A stretch of 64,000 nucleotides of DNA from an uncultured delta proteobacterium. GTDB taxonomy: Bacteria > Desulfobacterota > Desulfobacteria > Desulfobacterales > B30-G6. A program made the position numbers and the translations under genes. Shown piece after piece: positions 59,925 through 64,000 of this stretch; position 1 is the first letter of the stretch, and each line of letters starts with the position of its first letter. The notes below the pieces were generated by a model, which was not told the origin of the DNA, made no database searches, and worked only from the letters and a program-made list of their open reading frames with translations. The DNA is taken from positions 1-64,000 of the forward strand of contig CAWGLD010000007.1 of assembly GCA_963823335.1 (NCBI GenBank), read 5' to 3'.

Positions 59925-60881
59925 ATGAATACAATTCTCAGTTTGGTACTCAAACGACTGGCATTTGGTCTGGTGACCATTATCGTTATCTCAGTTTTAA
60001 TTTTTATCGGGGTGGAGGCGTTGCCCGGAGATCTGACCGAGGCAATTTTGGGACAAAGCGCTTTGCCTGAGACAATAGCGGCCTTTCGCAGGGAACTGAA
60101 ACTGGATCTTCCCCCGCATATCCGCTATTTCGCCTGGCTGGGTGATATAATGCACGGAAACCTCGGCAATTCCCTGGCGAACGGGAGGCCCATTGCTGAT
60201 CTGGTTGGCTGGCGATTTGCCAATACGCTCTTTCTGGCGTCCTCAGCAGCCGTGGTTGCCGTGCCCTTCGCTATTATGCTGGGTATCCTCGCTGCGCTAT
60301 ATCGCAACAGCTTGTTTGACCGGGCCATTTCCATCGCTACACTCAGTACTATTTCCTTTCCCGAGTTCTTTGTGGCCTATATTTTGGTGGCGTTGCTCTC
60401 GGTCAAATTGGTTGTGTTTCCCAGTATTTCAAATATCAACGACGGTATGGCATTTTGGGAAAAGATTCGAGCAATTGTCCTGCCCTGTTTGACCCTGACA
60501 CTGGTGGTTGTCGCTCACATGATGAGACAGACACGTGCGGCCATCATCAACATCCTGGCCAGTCCCTTCATTGAAATGGCTCATCTGAAAGGCATAAAAC
60601 GGTTACGGGTTATCGTGGTGCACGCTTTTCCGAACGCTCTCTCGCCCGTGATCAATGTGGTTGCGTTGAATCTGGCCTATCTGGTTGTGGGTGTGGTGAT
60701 TGTGGAGGTCGTTTTTGTCTATCCGGGTCTGGGGCAGTTGCTGGTGGATTCAGTCTCCAAACGAGATCTTCCGGTCGTACAGGCAAGTTGTCTCATTTTT
60801 GCCGTGATCTACATTAGTCTAAACTTGCTCGCTGACGTACTGTCTATTATCAGTAATCCTCGCATGCGAAATCCTCGATAA
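59925..60881 (+). CDS. Peptide/nickel-family ABC permease (DppB-like)
   Basis: LPGD, GNLGNS, EVVFVYPGLG, RDLPVVQ. Confidence 0.92.
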   Translation: MNTILSLVLKRLAFGLVTIIVISVLIFIGVEALPGDLTEAILGQSALPETIAAFRRELKLDLPPHIRYFAWLGDIMHGNLGNSLANGRPIADLVGWRFANTLFLASSAAVVAVPFAIMLGILAALYRNSLFDRAISIATLSTISFPEFFVAYILVALLSVKLVVFPSISNINDGMAFWEKIRAIVLPCLTLTLVVVAHMMRQTRAAIINILASPFIEMAHLKGIKRLRVIVVHAFPNALSPVINVVALNLAYLVVGVVIVEVVFVYPGLGQLLVDSVSKRDLPVVQASCLIFAVIYISLNLLADVLSIISNPRMRNPR

Positions 60882-60893
60882 GGAGAGCATTCA

Positions 60894-61718
60894 ATGGCGG
60901 TTTTCAAATTATTGAGACAATCACCCTGGAGCGCACGATGCGGCATAGCTATCGTGCTGCTCAATATTGGCGCCGCAATACTCGCACCGGTGGTGGCACC
61001 TTATGGTGAGACTGAAATAACAGGCGATGTCTGGATGTCCATGAGCGGCGACCATCTACTGGGTACCGATCACCTGGGGAGAGACCTGTTCACACGCCTG
61101 CTTTATGGCGCCCGCAACACCATTGCAATCGCTTTTATTACCACCATGCTTTCGTTTGTGGTCGGAACTGTGTGCGGTTTTTTTGCAGCGACGCTGAAAG
61201 GATGGGTCGATCAACTTCTCAGTCGCCTGGTTGACATTCTCATGGCGTTTCCGACCCTCATTTTTGCTTTAATGGCCTTGTCCGTGGTCGGGACATCCAT
61301 TGGTGCCTTGATCCTGGTGATCGCACTGTTGGACTCGACCCGGGTTTACCGCTTGTCACGCGCTGTGGCAATGGACATCGCCGTCATGGAATATGTTGAG
61401 GCTGCACGGCTGCGTGGTGAAAAAACCTGGTGGCTCATGCGCCAAGAAATCCTGCCCAACGCCATGCCGCCACTCGTGGCCGAATTTGGCCTGCGGTTCT
61501 GTTTCGTATTTTTGTTCATCGCCGCATTGTCCTTTCTGGGTCTTGGCATCCAACCGCCTATGGCGGACTGGGGCGGCATGGTCCGGGAAAATTCCGGTGC
61601 GATCACGTTTGGCATTTTCATTCCCTTGTGGCCGGCCGGGGCAATCGCTTTTCTGACAGTGGGTGTCAATTTAATCGTCGACTGGTTTCTACATGTCGCC
61701 AGCGGTTTGAAAGATTAG
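60894..61718 (+). CDS. Peptide/nickel-family ABC permease (DppC-like)
   Basis: HLLGTDHLGRDLF, EYVEAARLRGE, SFLGLGIQPP. Confidence 0.92.
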   Translation: MAVFKLLRQSPWSARCGIAIVLLNIGAAILAPVVAPYGETEITGDVWMSMSGDHLLGTDHLGRDLFTRLLYGARNTIAIAFITTMLSFVVGTVCGFFAATLKGWVDQLLSRLVDILMAFPTLIFALMALSVVGTSIGALILVIALLDSTRVYRLSRAVAMDIAVMEYVEAARLRGEKTWWLMRQEILPNAMPPLVAEFGLRFCFVFLFIAALSFLGLGIQPPMADWGGMVRENSGAITFGIFIPLWPAGAIAFLTVGVNLIVDWFLHVASGLKD

Positions 61719-61745
61719 CCATCAAGCTTATGATACGGTGAATAG

Positions 61746-63401
61746 ATGACGCAATTATTAGAGATGAAAGATATCTGGATTGAGGGATTCAGCGACGAAA
61801 AATGGCGGCCCATCATCAACGGCCTGAACCTTACCTTGGACAAAGGGGAAGTGCTGGGTTTAATCGGGGAATCCGGGGCCGGAAAATCAACCTTCGGCCT
61901 GGCTTCCATGGCTTATACCCGTCAGGGCTGCCGTATATCTTCCGGGTCCATCCTGTTCGATGGCATCGAACTGTTTGGAGCGTCGGAGAAGACCTTGAGA
62001 AAAATCAAAGGTGTTCGGATCGCCTATGTAGCCCAAAGTGCCGCGGCCTCTTTTAACCCGGCGCACCGGCTCATTAAGCAGTATGCAGAGGCTCCCGTTC
62101 AGCACCATATCATGTCCTTTGCAGAGGCTGAAAAGGAGGCCTTCGATATTTATAAACGGCTGCTGCTGCCGGATCCGGAACGCATCGGATACCGGTATCC
62201 GCACCAGGTGTCCGGTGGACAACTGCAACGTGCCATGGTTGCCATGGCAATGGCGTGCAAGCCGGACCTTATCATTTTTGACGAACCGACCACCGCACTG
62301 GATGTGACAACCCAGATTGAAGTTTTGGCCGCAATAAAACGCATCACCCGGCAATTCAATACAGCGGCCATTTACATCACCCATGACCTGGCTGTGGTGG
62401 CCCAGTTGGCAGACCGGATCATGGTGTTGCGCTATGGCAATTTGGTGGAAGAAAACAATGCCCGCCAATTGATTGCCCATCCGAAAGAGGAATACACCCG
62501 TGCCCTTCTTTCCGTCCGAACACTTCGAGAAGACAAGGACCTTTCAAAGACAGAACATGATACCATTCTGGAGGTCGAAAACGTCTCTGCAAGTTACACG
62601 GGCAAGGAGCTGGTCTTACAGGACATAGACCTGATAATCCGGCGTGGCCGGACCGTGGCGCTGGTGGGAGAATCGGGCAGCGGGAAAAGCACCCTGGCCC
62701 GGGTGATCACCGGGTTGCTTCCACCCCTCAAAGGTCGTGTCATTTATGACGGCCAGGATCTGCCACCGGCTTTAAGAAAGCGCAAAAAGGAAAGTCTCAG
62801 GGTGATGCAGATGATTTACCAGATGCCGGACACGGCCCTGAATCCCAGGCAACGGGTCAGCAGGATCATTGGACGCCCCCTTCAGTTTTACTATGGCATT
62901 CATGGCAAGGAGGCCGAGAAACGCGTTCTTGAGTTATTGGATAAGATCGAATTGACGCCAAAATACAAAGATCGATTTCCAGGAGAGCTCTCTGGTGGAG
63001 AAAAGCAACGGATTTGCATTGCGCGTGCTCTGGCAGCCGAACCCGATCTTATTATTTGTGATGAGGTCACCTCCGCCTTAGATCAGCTTGTGGCTGAAGA
63101 TATTTTGAAGCTGCTGCGCAAGCTCCAAAATGACCTGCAGGTGTCATATCTTTTTATTACCCATGATCTGGCCACAGTTAAAGCCATAGCGGATGAAATT
63201 GTGGTCATGCTGCAGGGCAAGATCGTGGAACAGGGCCGTAAAACGGATATTCTGACACCACCTCACCATGAATATACCGACCTGCTGCTGGAATCGGTCC
63301 CGGAGATGGACCCGGATTGGCTCGACGGCGTGCTGGCCGAAAGGGAACGCAAATCCGCCATGGGCATTGCCGTGAAGACAACCTTTATCGAAGAATCTTG
63401 A
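61746..63401 (+). CDS. ABC transporter ATPase with two fused ABC domains
   Basis: GESGAGKST and GESGSGKST; two signature motifs. Confidence 0.93.
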   Translation: MTQLLEMKDIWIEGFSDEKWRPIINGLNLTLDKGEVLGLIGESGAGKSTFGLASMAYTRQGCRISSGSILFDGIELFGASEKTLRKIKGVRIAYVAQSAAASFNPAHRLIKQYAEAPVQHHIMSFAEAEKEAFDIYKRLLLPDPERIGYRYPHQVSGGQLQRAMVAMAMACKPDLIIFDEPTTALDVTTQIEVLAAIKRITRQFNTAAIYITHDLAVVAQLADRIMVLRYGNLVEENNARQLIAHPKEEYTRALLSVRTLREDKDLSKTEHDTILEVENVSASYTGKELVLQDIDLIIRRGRTVALVGESGSGKSTLARVITGLLPPLKGRVIYDGQDLPPALRKRKKESLRVMQMIYQMPDTALNPRQRVSRIIGRPLQFYYGIHGKEAEKRVLELLDKIELTPKYKDRFPGELSGGEKQRICIARALAAEPDLIICDEVTSALDQLVAEDILKLLRKLQNDLQVSYLFITHDLATVKAIADEIVVMLQGKIVEQGRKTDILTPPHHEYTDLLLESVPEMDPDWLDGVLAERERKSAMGIAVKTTFIEES

Positions 63402-63435
63402 AGGCCGTTATCGACGCATTTGAAGGGAGAACCAC

Positions 63436-63834
63436 ATGAAGTTTTTAGTCTGTTATGAAGAGGCGGATCCATCGGCGGAGATTTTAAAAAAAGCCCTAGC
63501 GCATGCCAAAGTCTGGAACGCCACATTAGAGGTCGTGAAAACACTTACGCGAGAGATTCCCATCAAACACGCCAGGATCCTGGAAATGGAAAAGGAAATG
63601 GAAACCACCGTGAGCATGAAAATTGGAGACAGCGGTGTAGCATATAATGTACAGTTGATGGTTACTTCCCTGGAGCCGGGAGAAAAACTGGTCAAATTTG
63701 CCGAAGAAGAGGAGATCGACCTTATTTTTATAGGTATTATAAAAAAATCTAAAGTCAACAAATTGTTATTTGGATCAACAGCCCAATATGTAATTTTACA
63801 TGCGCCTTGTCCCGTGGTGACCATAAAAGTATAG
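63436..63834 (+). CDS. Universal stress protein
   Basis: DLIFIG, LLFGSTAQYVILHAPCPVV. Confidence 0.92.
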   Translation: MKFLVCYEEADPSAEILKKALAHAKVWNATLEVVKTLTREIPIKHARILEMEKEMETTVSMKIGDSGVAYNVQLMVTSLEPGEKLVKFAEEEEIDLIFIGIIKKSKVNKLLFGSTAQYVILHAPCPVVTIKV

Positions 63835-63900
63835 GCCCCCGATTCCGCACACCTGCAAAACCACCGAATTAAAAAATTACATTCAAATAGGAGAGTAAAA

Positions 63901-64000
63901 ATGAATGTTATCTGGATAACGTCGGACTCCTTTAGACGCGACCACATGGGGGCTTATGGCAACAAACAGATTCAAACCCCTTCTCTGGATATGCTGGCAG
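63901..64000 (+). CDS. 5' end of a sulfatase-family protein, runs off the window edge
   Basis: MNVIWITSDSFRRDHMGAYGNKQIQTPSLDMLA is a typical sulfatase N-terminus; GGAG RBS. Confidence 0.8.
   Translation, partial: MNVIWITSDSFRRDHMGAYGNKQIQTPSLDMLA

Overview
Mostly ordinary chromosomal DNA from an anaerobic bacterium. Gene content and intergenic repeats suggest Desulfobacterota (Desulfobacterales-like), which is an inference. Left to right: an AT-rich secreted amidohydrolase with a MalT-like LuxR regulator; hrpA; mscS; DUF362/polyferredoxin/nitroreductase genes; pfpI, glycerate kinase, dtd and dacB; two Hsp20 genes; a MoxR/DUF58/Bat operon; two large MscS channels; pqiAABC; pepP; an Opp-type ABC transporter; a fused L-serine dehydratase; a CoA-transferase-GNAT fusion; and a methylamine-catabolism cluster at the right end. 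The main finding is in that cluster. The ORFs 56938..57921 and 56452..56925 are one trimethylamine methyltransferase (MttB) gene interrupted by a single in-frame TAG (56938-56940) at the position where MttB enzymes carry pyrrolysine. It lies next to a paralog with Ala at the same site and upstream of a dimethylglycine/sarcosine dehydrogenase-like gene and an atypical URO-D/MtaA-family gene. Intergenic DNA is crowded with at least five short repeat/MITE families, some nested, including internally deleted four-helix-bundle gene cassettes. Two candidate structured RNAs were noted. No rRNA, tRNA, CRISPR array or intact transposase was seen.
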